A stretch of 64,000 bases of DNA from the human T2T-CHM13v2.0 reference genome, Homo sapiens, in NCBI RefSeq assembly GCF_009914755.1, contig NC_060927.1; one strand, given 5' to 3'. The translations under genes were made by a program, and so were the position numbers. Positions 60,407-64,000 of the stretch are shown here, piece by piece. The notes beneath the pieces are model-generated. The model saw only the letters and a program-made list of their open reading frames with translations, made no database searches and was not told where the DNA came from. The stretch's first letter is position 1; every line of letters starts with the position of its first letter.

Positions 60407-61425
60407 ATGAGGAGAAACCAGAGAAGAAAAGCTGAAAATTCTGAAAACCAGAGCGCCTCTTCTCCGCCAAAGGATCTCAGCTCCTCGCCAGCAATGGAAC
60501 AAAGCTGGATGGAGAATGACTTTGACGAGTTGACAGAGGAGGCTTCAGAAGACTGGTAATAACAAAATTATCCAAGCTAAAGGAGGATGTTCGAACCCAT
60601 CACGAGGAAGCTTAAAACCTTGAAAAAAGATTAGACGAATGGCTAACTAGAATAAACAGCATAGAGAAGACCTTAAATAACCTGATGGAGCTGAAAACCA
60701 TGGCACAGGAACTACGTGACACATGCACAAGCTTCAGTAGCTGATTCGTCAAGTGGAAGAAAGGGTATCAGTGATTGAACATCAAATTAATGAAATGAAG
60801 CGAGAAGAGAAGTTTGGAGAAAGTAAAAATAAGCAAACAAAGCCTCCAAGAAATATGGGACTATGTGAAGAGACCAAATCTACGTTTGATTGGTGTACCT
60901 GAAAATGATGGGGAGAATGGAACCAAGTTGGAAAACACTCTTCACGATATTATACAGGAGAACGTCCCCAACCTAGCAAGGCAGGCCGACTTTCAAATTC
61001 AGGAAATACAGAGAACACCACAAAGATACTCCTCAAGAAAAGCAACCCCAAGACACATAATTATCAGATTCACCAAGGTTAAAATGAAGGAAAAAATGTT
61101 AAGGGCAGCCAGAGAGAAGGGTCAGGATACCCACAAAAGGAAGCCCATCAGACTAACAGCAGATCTCTCGGCAAAAACTCTACAAGCAAGAAGACAGTCG
61201 GGGTCCATATTCAACATTGTTAAAGAAAAGAATTTTCAACCCAGAATTTCATATCCAGCCAAACTAAGCTTCATAAGTGAAGGAGAAATAAAATCCTTTA
61301 CAGACAAGCAAATGCTGATAGATTCTGTCACCACCAGGCCTGCCTTACAAGAGCTCCCAAAGGAAGCACTAAACATTGAAACGAACAATCGGTACCAGCC
61401 ACTGCAAAAAGATGCCAAATTGTAA
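60407..61425 (+). pseudogene. L1 ORF1p, disrupted
   Basis: ATG at 60407, stops/frameshifts near 60540-60830. The C-terminal part is open as ORF 60814-61425 (QSLQEIWDYVKRPNLRLIGVPE...YPAKLSF...QKDAKL). Confidence 0.93.
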
Positions 61426-61488
61426 GGACCATCGATGCTAGCAAGAAACTGCATCAACTAACAAGCAAAATAACCAGCTAACATCATC

Positions 61489-64000
<2,512 letters not shown>

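Overview
Primate (human-like), AT-rich genomic DNA from an intronic or intergenic region. Roughly half is recognisable transposable-element sequence: AluJ/S/Y, L1PA/L1PB/L1M, L2, MIR, THE1, MLT1, LTR16, MER57, MER20, MER5 and MER44. I recognise no host protein-coding exon, RNA gene or CRISPR-type array. Every protein-like ORF in the track is either L1 ORF1/ORF2 debris or Alu read-through. The structural signals not explained by the repeat catalogue are these. (1) An ~830-bp inverted duplication (3140-3971 / 8426-9250, ~95% identical outside the Alu) brackets a 4.45-kb segment, which is the architecture of an invertible segment. (2) A series of local copy or fold-back events: a ~200-bp copy of nearby DNA pasted into an L1, a 75-bp copy pasted into a MER57 LTR, a 77-bp-arm hairpin, 26-bp and 22-bp palindromes, and a 66-bp tandem duplication. 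(3) A heavily decayed hAT-type transposase fossil at ~21.2-22.2 kb, recognisable only by the order of its motifs. I cannot support a claim of a novel biological system. Subfamily names are from memory of consensus sequences and the boundaries of old repeats are approximate.
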